Shown here piece by piece: positions 8,672 to 20,157 of a DNA stretch of 27,905 nt (positions are counted from its first letter, which is position 1; each line of letters begins with the position of its first letter). Under the pieces are notes generated by a model. The model was not told where the DNA came from and ran no database searches. It saw only the letters and a list, made by a program, of their open reading frames with translations. Origin of the DNA: Coniocarpon cinnabarinum (Eukaryota); the NCBI GenBank assembly GCA_051942205.1, contig JAVECO010000001.1:310001-337905 (forward strand), read 5' to 3'. Position numbers and translations under genes: made by a program.

Positions 8672-10878
8672 ATGAGTGGAGACGCTTACGCGCGAGGTGA
8701 GTAAACTGATACAGTGTGAAGCCCGCCAGCCCGTGACCCGATTTTTCCTTCCTTTCGTCTCCCTTCACCTATCTTGGTGAAGGACCCTTTCTACCCTCGT
8801 GACCCTTGACCACAGAAAGATAGAAAATACCAGCCGGCGCAATATGGGGCAAGAGTCAGAACCAACCGCGAAACGAGCCACAAGATCGAGAATGCAGCCG
8901 GATACGAAAGATCCCCAAGAGCCGGCCAGACGCGCCGAAGTTCAACATTATTCCAATCTCTCTTTTCGCCCTCGCCACCCACAAGAGCATGAACATGCAC
9001 AGCAGCTCAGAAGCGCAACTAGCTCACAATACTATGACATAACAGGTGCAGAGCGATATGGGGGTCGAGACCATTACGTGAGTAGTCCTATTCCAAATGA
9101 ACTGACTTGAGCTGACTCATGCGCCGTTTAGTCCTCGAGAAGTGGTCGCGATGACTATCGAGACCGAGATCGGGACCGGGACCGAGAGCGTCGACATCGC
9201 TCAAGATCCCCGCATCACCGTAGCTCCCGACGCGACTACGAAATGGACTCGTACTCTACCTCGCGTGACTACCGAGAGCGTGAGCGCGAAGACCGCTATC
9301 GAGATCGACGAGACGGACGCGAAGAAAGAGCCTGGGACAGAGATCGATATCGACGAGACCGCAGAGGGGATGATGAACGCGGGCAACGACGAGACCGAGA
9401 TCTGTTCGATGACAGGCGGCGACCGCGTGGAGACAGGGAACCTCGTGCACCTGCTGCAGGCGGAGAGCGAGACCGTGAGCGCAAGAAGAGTGCCAGTCCG
9501 CCCCGCAAGAAGCGTGAGCCGACTCCTGACTTGACGAACATTATTCCCGTCCTTCAGCGCAAGAGGAGAATGACACAGTGGGATATCAAGCCGCCAGGAT
9601 ATGAAAACATCACTGCTGAGCAAGCAAAGTTATCTGGCATGTTTCCACTCCCAGGCGCCCCTCGACAACAGCCACTTGACCCCAAACAACTGCAAGCCTT
9701 TATGGGCAGCTCCGGCAGCACTGCCAATTCTGCTGCTCTTGATCCCACAACAGCGAAACAATCCAAGCGTCTATTCGTGTACAATCTGCCACCAGCAGCA
9801 GTTGGAGATGAAAATATCCTCGCCAACTTTTTCAACCTTCAGCTCAACGGGTCTAATGTCATCAGTGCCGACGACCCATGTACGACATGCAGGATTGGTC
9901 CAGGAGGTGAATATGCCATGCTGGAGTTCAAGACACCTGAGGACGCCACATCCGCTCTGGCTTTGACCGGCATCAACATGTACGCTGAAGAAGACACCGA
10001 CATGGCGAACGGCACCGCCAACGGCCTCTCCAGCGGCCTCGACATTCGCAGACCCAAAGATTACATCGCCGCAGCTGCCGCCGAAAACGCAGAGACTCGT
10101 CCTGGCGTCATAAAAGACAGCCCGCAGAAGATCTGCATCACCAACATCCCCGCCTACCTCGACGAAGAACAAATCACAGAACTGATCCAGGCATTCGGCG
10201 CTGTCAAATCCTTCGTGCTGGCCAAAGACGTGGGCACCGAACAATCGAAGGGTTTCGCATTCTGCGAATACGCCGATCCGGCTACGACGGACGTCGCTGT
10301 GGAGAACCTGAACCAGATGGAGCTGGGTGACCAGCAGTTGCGCGTTGCTCGCGCCAGTGTCGGCGCCTCTCAAGCTGCGAACTTTGGTGGCGCTATGGGC
10401 GTCAGCGCGATGTCGATGTTGGCCGGCACCGCGCAGAATAACACGGATGAGTCTACGGGCCGTGTGTTGCAGTTGCTTAACATGGTCACGCCAGATGAAT
10501 TGATGGATAATTCCGAGTATCAAGGTGCGCTTTCTCCACGCTGCGGTCAGTTGCCGAGTGTCATTGCTAATGAAGTCTACAGAAATCTGTGAAGATGTCA
10601 GAGAGGAATGCGCCAAATTCGGGGAACTGCTCGACATGAAGATTCCGCGGCCGACCAGCAGCGGTGGCCGTTCTGCGCCGGGCGTGGGCAAGATTTTCTT
10701 GAAATACGATTCGAATGCCTCCGCGCAGAAGGCACTTTCGGCATTGGCGGGACGGAAATTCGCGGACAGGACTGTCGTCGTGACGTGGTTTAGCGAGGTG
10801 AGACTGGCCTCTTACTTGCCGTTGGAAAAGCGGTCAACTGACGTTTAACAGGACTACTTCAATTTGGACGCATGGTGA
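8672..10878 (+). CDS. U2AF2: Splicing factor U2AF large subunit (U2AF65/U2AF2 orthologue), ~563 aa; join(8672..8696, 9046..9077, 9132..10524, 10583..10797, 10852..10878)
   Basis: RS/RD-rich N-terminus, ULM RKRRMTQWDIKPPGYE, RRM1 (KRLFVYNL), RRM2 (SKGFAFCEY) and UHM (VLQLLNMVTPDEL...GVGKIFLKY...GRKFADRTVV). Four GT-AG introns give one continuous frame of 1692 nt. Confidence 0.95.
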
Positions 10879-11199
10879 GCACCGGTCATCTGGTCCAGGT
10901 CGTCTGCGCCTAGCCATTAAGCTGTGGGATCCCCTTCGAAAATTCCGACGCTCCCTTTTTTTTTTCTCGAGCTTGTACAAGTATCTATCTAATGCGATAA
11001 TGCGTTGGACGGAGCGTTCGTGCCAAAGGTCCATTGGAAAGATTTGAGGTCTGCACCTTCAGCTATAGGTAGCTCTAAACCTATCGTGTCTTTCTTTTCC
11101 GTGTACAGTCGTGATTCCACGTTTGCTCTTTGCGCTTCTCTTCCTCCCACGCCATCCCCTTCCGCCGCATATAGGTGTCATGGCGTTGAGAGTTATACT

Positions 11200-11890
11200 C
11201 AGCGAAAGCGCAGGAACTTGCAACCCATTCAGGAATAGAAAGGTAGTGTCGTGCCCACCGCGGCCGGCGGGTATGTTCACACATGAATACTGTGTCACCA
11301 TCGCGAGTCTCTCGCCTGAAAGGGACATATACAAAGGGATATCAAGACCTTGGGAAAGTTTCGAGAATGCTGATGCAGTTATCTTCATGGCCATCACGGC
11401 GTTTGGGGTATACATTCATAATACATTTATACATCAAAAGGCACGTGGGCATTGAAGGGTATGCCATCTGAATACAGTGTTACACAGTCGTTTCCGTCCT
11501 TGCTTCTTTCCTCACGCGTGGTTAAAGCAGGAGAAGCTGCGGGCGATGAATGAAAACAACAATGCAGTGTCATAGCCACCACGGCCTTTGAGCAGATGCA
11601 CACATAGATACTACTAAAGGAACGTGAGAATCGAGAGTATGCCATGCAATACTCGGTGGTTGCCATCGCTTAACCTCCCCACTCATACTCTGAGCAGCAG
11701 GAGTAACTGCGGGAGATGAAAGGATGAAAATGCAGTGTCATGGCCACCACGGCCTTGGGTATATTCATACATAAATACCACTAAAAAGGAATGTAAGAAT
11801 CGAAAGCAGTCGTCTGATACAGTAATACACAGTCATTGTCATCTCTTTCTCTCTGCCAGTTTAAGCAGCAGCAGTAGGGGCTGCGGCGGC
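11200..11890. repeat. Degenerate tandem repeat, about 4 copies of a 140-180-bp unit, overlapping the cutinase 3' end
   Basis: A core like GCAGTGTCATGGCCACCACGGCC...GGGTATATTCATACATAAATAC recurs at about 11243, 11375, 11564 and 11732. Confidence 0.8.
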
Positions 11891-14347
11891 ACCGCCTGTT
11901 GCACCACCAGCTGCAGCACCACCCGCCGCACCGCCCGCCGCCGCCCCACCCTTGGGAATCTGCTGCTGCACAAACTGCGACGCAGACCCGATGTCATCAC
12001 CGTAGCTGAGATGAGCCGCCGAGATGGACGCAGTACCACTGCACACGCCGTCGCCCTGGGCACAGAAGATCTTAACCTTGGAGGCGTTAATGTTCTTGAC
12101 AGCAACCTTGCTATCGGGATCACCGAACGTAACCACAGCGCCAACCTTGGCGGCGGTGCCCTCCGGCAGCTGCGCCATGGTGTCGTGCGTCACGATGCCA
12201 CCTTGGCTGTATCCGGACATGACGAGTTGCGTCTGGGGGCATTGCTGAACGGCTTGGTTGGCGAGGTCCGTCATGCTTTGTTTACCCTGGGTATCGCCGC
12301 CGGGGACATTGCCGGACCAGTCGGCGGGGTAGTTCACACCTTGGGCGACGAAGTTGTCGGCGCCGTAGGCTTGGCTAAGGGCGGAGACGAATTGCGGTCC
12401 CACAGCGGAGCCGACGTTACCGGTTTCGGTGGTGCCGCGGGCGAAGATCAGGGTAACCGCTGCAAACGAGTGTTAGTAGCGTCTCTCTGATGAGAGAAGA
12501 CATGAGCGAGTGAAGTGAACGTACCTCCGCACTTCTTGTCAGTGACGCCGGTTTCACTGGAACTGCCACCGCCGAGACCACCCAGACTGGCACCGCCGCC
12601 AGATCCCGCAGCTTGGCCTGCGGTTCTGTTAGTCTATTGTTTGACCTGGTGTTTGATGTAATGGGTGATACTGTCAAGACATACCGGTCACAGGGCTGTC
12701 GCCTGTAGATGAGCCACCACCCAGACCACCGAGGCCACTGCTACCTGAGGAGCCACCTCCAAGAGATCCGAGACCACTGCTGCCTGTGGAGCCGCCGCCG
12801 AGGGAGCCCAATCCACTGCTGCCCGAAGAGCCACCACCAAGGGAACCAAGGCCGCTGCTGCCTGATGACGCACCACCAAGGGAGCCAAGACCGGAAGATG
12901 AACCTGCACCGCCGGTCGATGGAGTGGGGATGGATGACAAGGGCGATGAGCCGCCGGCAGCGCCGCCGAGTGAGCCGAGGCCGCTGGACTAAAAGATGGT
13001 GAGCTTTGCACAGGACACAAACAAGCAAGGAACAGGACTTACGCCAGATGAGCCCAGGGAGGGAGTGCTGCCACTGGAGCCACCACCGAAGAGGGAACCG
13101 AGACTTCCAAGACTTTGACGTTTCACTACGGGCTTGTAAGCATTCGAATCTGGAGGACCAACTTGCAATGGGTGTGGACCAGAAGGCCGGTGATTGCCAC
13201 TGTCAAATGGAGGTCCTGCCTCGGGCTCTCCACCAGTACCACTGCCGGATGGCATAGGGATAGGGGGAAGGTAGTAAGGAGAATTGCGGGGAGTGGGTGA
13301 TGCGATGCTGGGAGATGGGGAGAATGTACCCTTGGTCATGAAACCACCACCGATACCACTTGAGCCACCTGAAAGGAGTCAGCATGCAAAAGCCACATCG
13401 TGATGCTGAGACGGTTGCGCAAACTCACCACTGAGGCCACCACCGCTCAAGGGGCTGGAACCTGAGCCTGCACCACCAAGGCCGCCGCCACTCAGAGGAC
13501 TTGAGCCTGAGCCTGAGCCACCAAGGCTTGGGATGGAACCACCGCCAAGCGGAGAAGAGGATCCAGAGCCCTCACCACCAAGGCTGGGCAGGGAGCCACC
13601 ACCCAGCGGAGAAGAGCCGGAGCTGCCACCACCAAGGGGCGAGCTGCCTGAGCCAGCGCCTCCCAAGCTTGGAAGAGAACCGCCGCTGCTTCTTTACGTC
13701 AGTAAAATGATGCTTGTCTTCTTGATCTGAAGATGTCCATACCTTGAGCCGGACGAGCCACTGCCGCTACCGAGACCAGAGAGGCCAGAGCCGGATGATC
13801 CCGAAGAGCCACCAAGGTCAGGAAACCCAGAGCCGGACGAGCCCGATGAGCCGCCTAAGCCTGGAAATCCGGATCCAGAGGAGCCTGATGAGCCGCCAAG
13901 GCCTGGAAAGCCAGAGCCCGACGATCCTGAGGAGCCTGGGGTGGGGATTGGCAAGCCACCACTGAGCTTCGTCAGCGCGACTCACTTAAGTGAGAAGGGA
14001 GGATAGCACCTACCCAGCTGCGCCGGGGAACCCAGCACCTGACGATCCTGAGCCGGGAAAGGCCCTGCAATCCACCTGTCAGTAATTGTCACTCGCCCGA
14101 GGAGGCTGGGATGTTTTCGAGCATACCCTGGCGATGGAGCACCGAAGGACGGCATGCTTAACGATGGACTTTTGCCGCCTTCACTGCCAGCTGCGCCACC
14201 TAAGCCACCGAGCCCACCGCCGCTCATGCCTCCGAGGCCGCCACCCCCAAGTTGAGGGTTCCTCTTGACGATGCTCGCAGCATCTCTTTCAATTGGGACC
14301 GCGCCCGTGAGAGTAGCAAGAAGGACTGAGAAAACTGCGGGATGCAT
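11861..14347 (-). CDS. Secreted cutinase (CE5) with a long Gly/Ser-rich repeat N-terminal extension, ~689 aa; join(14127..14347, 14014..14064, 13743..13961, 13429..13685, 13043..13368, 12685..12988, 12525..12617, 11861..12459)
   Basis: Signal peptide MHPAVFSVLLATLTGA. Cutinase motifs C-x-x-VTLIFARGTTETGNVG, GYSQG (Ser), FGDP, CAQGDGVC (Asp) and AHLSY (His). Seven GT-AG introns of 52-67 nt, each with a branch motif, keep one frame of 2070 nt. Confidence 0.88.
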
Positions 14348-16012
14348 TTTGAGAAAGACTGTGAATGAACAGAGAGAGAGACTTTTGGTATTTTGTCTAA
14401 CGACACGAGGAAGGATCAAGCGAATGTAGAGGCCGCTGGGGCTTATAGAAAACGAGAGGCTTTGGTGAAGGTGAAGTGACCGTGATGGGAAGTCCAAGAA
14501 CCTGTCTTGGCCTCGAGAGAATGACTAGCAGCGTGTTGCTTGCAAAGAAAAAAAAGAAAAGAGGGTGAAGTCAAAATGGCATGTCTTGATATTTGTATCT
14601 GAAGGCATTTTACCATGGATTCTACCAGGCCTATCAAACATGCCAAGGATGCTGGTGAGCTCGACGTCCAAACACTCGGTGTTGGTGTGAACAGGGGCTC
14701 CTACTTCGTGAGATGTGAATGTTGAGTAGGGATCTAACTGACGGCGGCAAATGTGGACAATGTGGCGTTTCTGGTTCCGGTGGTAAACATCGTCACTTGT
14801 CTCGAACAATGCCAGTGTACCGTGTGCGCCCGACCGTCATGATTAATGCATGGCTGAACCTGGTCGACGTGAAGGGGTTTTGAGGTTGAAGTTTCTGGGT
14901 GACGCGGTCCAAGCTCAGGATGCGTTGTCCCTAGCTTGTTTTCACGTTAAGCTAGCGCGCACCTGGCTTGGGCCGATCGACCTGAAACGTTCGAAGGTGA
15001 CAGAAGCAAGATCTTTCGACCTCGGCTGTTCTGCGAGAACGTCAATGAGTAACGGAGTATTCGTTTCACCAGTAGCGTGAACCTCGTAGCGGAGCGGAGC
15101 CGGTCTTTGCCGTGAGGCTGGACTGTGATTAATGGACGACGACAGTACCAGGTAACCGGCTTGGCCTTGGATCAGTAGAAGGGCCAGGATCCTGAGCATT
15201 GACCGTTCTCGGAGGAACATCCCTTCACGCCAGCATTGTGGCATATTACCTTAGATCTATGGCAGGACAGCGTCTGTGCATGGCGTTGACATTTTTCTTT
15301 GTTCAAGGCAGAGACACCCTCGGTAGGCATGGATATCTTACCGTGTGGGTACTGACACTGCCCAGCTGCAAGGGGCATCACGAGAGGCGTCTAGGACCTG
15401 AAACGTGTGACGCGGAGTGCATGCATGGTTTTAGCTTCGCCAGACACGAGTAAAGTGGTCTCAGATGCTCAGATGCACCGACGGCGATCGCGGTCAAGAT
15501 GCATCTGGCCCCTATGCCCTTCCAATGGCGCTGTTGGCGCCCGGTCGCGGAAACCGGGTGTCGGACTGTCAGTGCGAGACATGACAAGAGCAAGACAGAT
15601 GTGACGAGAAGATCCCTGCTAGAGATGAAGTTTGTTGACCAAGGATCGAGTCACCTCAGCGCTAAGCCTGATATATAGTAGCGGTGCCTTGGCAATGAGC
15701 CCCCTTGCCCTCTGGACTTTTATGCACGTGACAAAAACACATCTCGACCGTCATCAACGAGATTGGCGACGCCGAATGATCCAGATGTGCCATCAGCGCG
15801 AGACGGCATTGAAAGTGCTCGGGGACCAGGGCCCCAAACGCATTATACCTGAATCTGTCTAAGTGAAAAAGCCGTTTGTAATATTACATGAGCTCTCGGA
15901 GTCGAGGAGAGTCCCGCTCGTGGATGCACCAATGGTTGAGGTGAATAACTCCCGCGCCATGCATAGAGATCCAATGCCAATCGTGATCTGTCGTGAGCCG
16001 CCCCAAACGCGA

Positions 16013-18036
16013 TCACTTCGTCTCGCTTCCTCGTTTTGCCTCCTGATCACCGTCCTGCTCTGCGTCCTGCTCTGGGGTATCTGTCGCTTGCCCTCCGAGT
16101 TCCTTGCTAACAGCGCCGTCCACATCGGTGCTCGTCCGCGCACCAATGTCTCCACTCCTACGCCCATCCAGCTGCGCGCTCCTTCGATGTTCCTTGCTCA
16201 TCCGTTTGCTGGCTCGCTTCTCTCTTCGTTCTTGTTGCTCCCTCTGCATTTCTGCTTGTCGCGCCTTCTCCGCCTCCAGTCCGGTTTCGGTCTCTTTGTG
16301 CTCGCGAGCAAGCTTTTGCGTCGTAATCAGGAAGCAGTTGAGCAGTCCTACAAATGAGAAAGCCACGTACAGAATCCAGATCCGAGATAAGCTGCTTGCG
16401 AACGCAGACTGAACAATACTTTTCTGTTGAGGAGGCAGACTCTGCACCAGCCCCACCGCAGCTCCTGGTCCTCCGCCACCGCTGGCGCCAACAAGGGAGC
16501 CGAGACTGGGGTTGCTTTTCGCTTTGTCCTGCAGAACGTTCTGATAAATCACGCCGCCAATCACGACGCTGACAGCAGTAGCCAGATTCCTTGTGAAGCC
16601 AAATGTGGCAGTGGCACCAGCAATGTCGCGAGGGTTGATGGAACTCTGCAAGGCGATCAGAGGGGCTTGGAAGTTCGGTCCGACCCCGATCCCGGCAATA
16701 ATTTGGTAAATGAGTAGCTTCGCGAGACTTGATTGCGCATCAAAGTCAACGAACAAGCCGAATCCCAGAGTCATGAGGAAAAACCCGAAGAAGATAGGAG
16801 GGCGGTATTTCCCAGTGATTCGAATAAATATACCAGTGGCAATGGATGTCAAAGATAGCGAAACAGATGTTGCGAGCGTGTAGACGCCTGACAAGATCGG
16901 CGACTTCCCCAGAGCCGCTTGAAAGTACAACGGCAGGTAGTAGCTACCAGCGATGAATACGAAGGACTGGATCCAGCATGCCCCGAGTGACGCGAGGTTG
17001 TTGCGCTTGCGGAATATACGAGGCGCCATGATAGGTGACTTGGCAACGAAAAGCTCAATCACGGCGAATAGCGCCAGCGTGACCACACCAAACACGAGCA
17101 GACAAACAACCGTCGCTGAGTCCCAGGGATAGGAAACGCCTCCCAGCTCCAGGCCAAAAAGAAACATGAGTGTGCCACCTACGACAGCCAGCGAGCCAAG
17201 CCAGTCAATTGCTTCGACTCCCTCAACGATCGGCGTCTTGGGTGTTTTGAGATCGAGGAAGAAGAAGAGGAGAAAGAAGGCGATGCCATCCAGAGGTAGG
17301 TTGATGTAGAAGCACCAGCGCCAGGTGACCTTTTGAGTGAACGCGCCACCTATGATGGGTCCTAGAGAGCTCGCGATTGCCCAAACCCCGCCAATAATAC
17401 CGTAGTAAGCGCCTCGCCTCCGCGGTGCAAAGAGATCTCCCACACAAATGTTTCCAAGCGTGACGAGACCGCCGCCACCCATTCCTTGGATTGCACGAGC
17501 TGCGAGCAGCATTCCCAGGTTGATCGACAGCGCTGCAATAAGAGATCCGATGAAGAAAATCACGTTGGCGATGAGTAATACAGGCTTGCGACCAAAAATG
17601 TCGCTGATCTTGCCCCATATCGGAGTTGATGCAGCGGTGGCAAGCAGGTAGGCGCTCCCGATCCACGTGTACCCGCTTGCAGTGTGAAAATCGTTGCTGA
17701 TTGTAGGAAGTGCGGTGGTGATGATTGTCTGTGAAAAAGGAATGTCAATACAACGCCACGCGCTGGGCGATGTTCAAGATGCAAACTCACAATGTCTAAG
17801 GCGGCGAGGAAGACAGCCATGCCAATGGCCAGCATGATGATGGCAATCTTGCCCCTGCTTCGCTCATACTGGCCCTCGTCGGCAGGGCCAGGCTTTGCCT
17901 CAACATCACCAGTCTTGCCACCGTTGGCTGGCTCGGCGTGAGAACTCTGGGACTCGTCGTTAGGCGTAGCAAAGGTCGCATGCTTTTCAGAGTCTACCGG
18001 TGAAGCATCGTTCTTCTCTGGATCCGGAGAAGACAT
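16013..18036 (-). CDS. MFS drug:H+ antiporter, DHA2 (14-TMS) type, ~653 aa; join(17791..18036, 16013..17728)
   Basis: AVFLAALD|TII motif D1, GKISDIFGRK motif A, RAIQGMG, GPIIGG motif C, WRWCFYINLP and IDWLG. One 62-nt intron (GTGAGT...CAG). Confidence 0.93.
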
Positions 18037-19297
18037 GACGTGAGGAGAGGCGGCGAGTGGTGAGAAGCGAGAGACAGGAACATGAGAAGCGAGGAGCAGA
18101 GTAGCGTCGTGGCGTGATTCGTCAGCGAGCAGAAGAGATTGATGGAGAGGCAGCTGCGGTGGTGAGCTGGAGGGCGGGCATCGCAACTGACAAAATCGCG
18201 ACGCTAGCGACCTTCGAGAAGATCAATGACGGCCGGCCCTTCGATCGGCTGTTGTTAGACGCCGTGGCGCCGCGTTCGTGCGCACGACAGTAAGGTACCT
18301 TGCCGCGACGCGCTCATCTGATTTGCTCGAGCGGGCCTTCAGCCGAAGATGCTGGAGTCATGCATTTGGCATTTCGGGTGAACAGGGCTAAGCTTTTCGT
18401 TAACGCGCCCGCCGCTTTACGCTCTGTCTGGCCTGATCTCGCCTACTTCAGCTCCATGGAAACGCTGTCACTCCCACGGCACGACGGCGTGCAATTCCGT
18501 GCCATACGCTTTGACTCTTGTTCAGGCTTGCCCTCTGGTCTGCTCGCATGTACTTCCGCTTTCAGGTCATTACGTACGCTTGTTGCAGGAATCCACAAGG
18601 ATCTTAGCGCCATCAAGCGTCATTCCGATCTGCTGTGTCGGCTTGCAATCGTCCGTTTGCCGGTTCGGCAATTTTGGCAGGGCACAGGAAAAACGGATCT
18701 GCAACTTTGAAGGGAACGAGCTAGATGGCCAGGCATCATTGTCATGCCAAAAAACACATTTACAATTCGACAACAACCACTGAGAGTACTGCATTAGTAA
18801 GCGTGCGCTGCCTTGCAAATGACAGCCTTTCGCCACAGCTGCGTGACTTACTACCCCGGAAAGCACCCCTTGCACAGGGATGGGCGCAGATCTTCGCAGC
18901 GATGAAACCCTGAATGGATGCGCCCCCCATTATTTGCATACTTCGAGGTCTCTAGGAGTCGATATACCGACTTCGCTTAACGGCATCTCATCTCTCTATT
19001 GCGTTCACACTGAACGCATCCCGCTGCAAGACTACCTTCGAAACTCGGAAAAGGGAAATCCAAGTGCAACTGCGAGGTTCCCAAAGCCCTCAGCCTCCCC
19101 ATTATTCTTCCACTGCCTCTGATTCGCATGAACGCCTTCATGCGGCCCACACAATGCTAACTCCTAAGCTTCAGAACCTGGCTCTTTGAGGGCTGTGCAT
19201 CATGACCGGGTCCACCCTTTTTGCGGTAGATATGTGACAGGCAACGAGATCGTCAATTCGTGGACAGGACATAACATGTATCTGTGTGAGATCATAT

Positions 19298-20157
19298 TTA
19301 CATAACTGAGCAACAGGAGTTTTGCGACTGAGCCTAGCACGTTTGGTCAGCTAATGATTCGCGGATTGGGTCCTTTGGGGCATACTTGTTTGTAAAACAT
19401 CTTGCTTTGACTACTCAAGCCCTCACTCTTGTTCACCAAATCGTCTAATTTGACGTTGCGCTCTAGCACGCTCTCGATGGTTTTGTGTAAGGTAATTTTG
19501 GTCTCATCCAGCTCTTGCTGGATCTTCATGATGCTGTCGGCTTGTTGCGGGTCCTGATACTTGACGATGTATTCTTTGAGCGGTGCGAACGAAATGCTCT
19601 TCGGAGCTGCCTGTGCCCAAGACGCGCGTGGATTGGCCGTGACGAATTCATCCATTATCTTCGAGAGAAGCTGGTGTGCGACAAGTGCAGGATATTCATG
19701 GTCGGAGATGATGATGCCTGCAAGGCCTTCCGATCGGCCATAAGCATGAAATGTATATGCTGTTGAAGTTGTTAGCTTGCAATAGCCTCCGTCGTGCAAT
19801 CCAAGCCATACACTGCTCTTCGATGTCTTGCCTTTGTCCCGCGCGTGTTCGTTCGGCAACAGTCTTGCTGAACAAGCTCATAAATTCATTGACACTACAT
19901 TGAATGTTAACCCGTAGCCTTTGAAATAATTGTTCAAAGAAATCATCGTAGCTGGCTTGCGGGGGCCACGTAAGGTAATAATGCTTCTACGGCGCGTGAC
20001 TGACCTGCTCCGGGTGAATCGAGAGTAACTGGATAAGTCTTGCTCTGCACAAAGCTCGACTGCTGGTGCAGCATCATTTCGTAGTATCTGAGACTTGTTA
20101 GCAAAAGCCGTCACAGCTCAACGCTTTGTTGCCTACTCCTATGTAGAGGATTTTCAT
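19298..20157 (-). CDS. YKT6: Prenylated longin R-SNARE Ykt6, 198 aa; join(20137..20157, 20005..20087, 19812..19894, 19386..19759, 19298..19333)
   Basis: MKILYIG...DLSSYSRFTRSSVNEFM longin domain, YQDPQQADSIMKIQQELDETK...SVLER SNARE motif and C-terminal CCSVM (CCAAX). Four GT-AG introns. Confidence 0.96.

Noticed and set aside
9771..10691. 306-aa antisense ORF over U2AF
   Set aside because: Antisense shadow from codon bias, with no recognisable motifs.
11200..11890. Repeat-spacer-like pattern considered as a possible CRISPR array
   Set aside because: The context is eukaryotic, the repeats are degenerate, the 'spacers' resemble each other and there are no cas genes. It is a tandem duplication.
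11735..12490. 251-aa plus-strand ORF
   Set aside because: Antisense shadow of the GC-rich cutinase exon.
14500..15860. Short ORFs in the cutinase-MFS intergenic region
   Set aside because: All are 100 aa or shorter, with no motifs or coding-like composition. The region is likely promoter and 3'UTR.
19895..20004. YKT6 intron 2 is about twice the usual length (110 nt) and holds a 7-bp hairpin (CTTTGAA...TTCAAAG); considered as a stwintron or intronic snoRNA
   Set aside because: Removing an internal intron regenerates no donor, and there is no proper box C/D pair or H/ACA layout.
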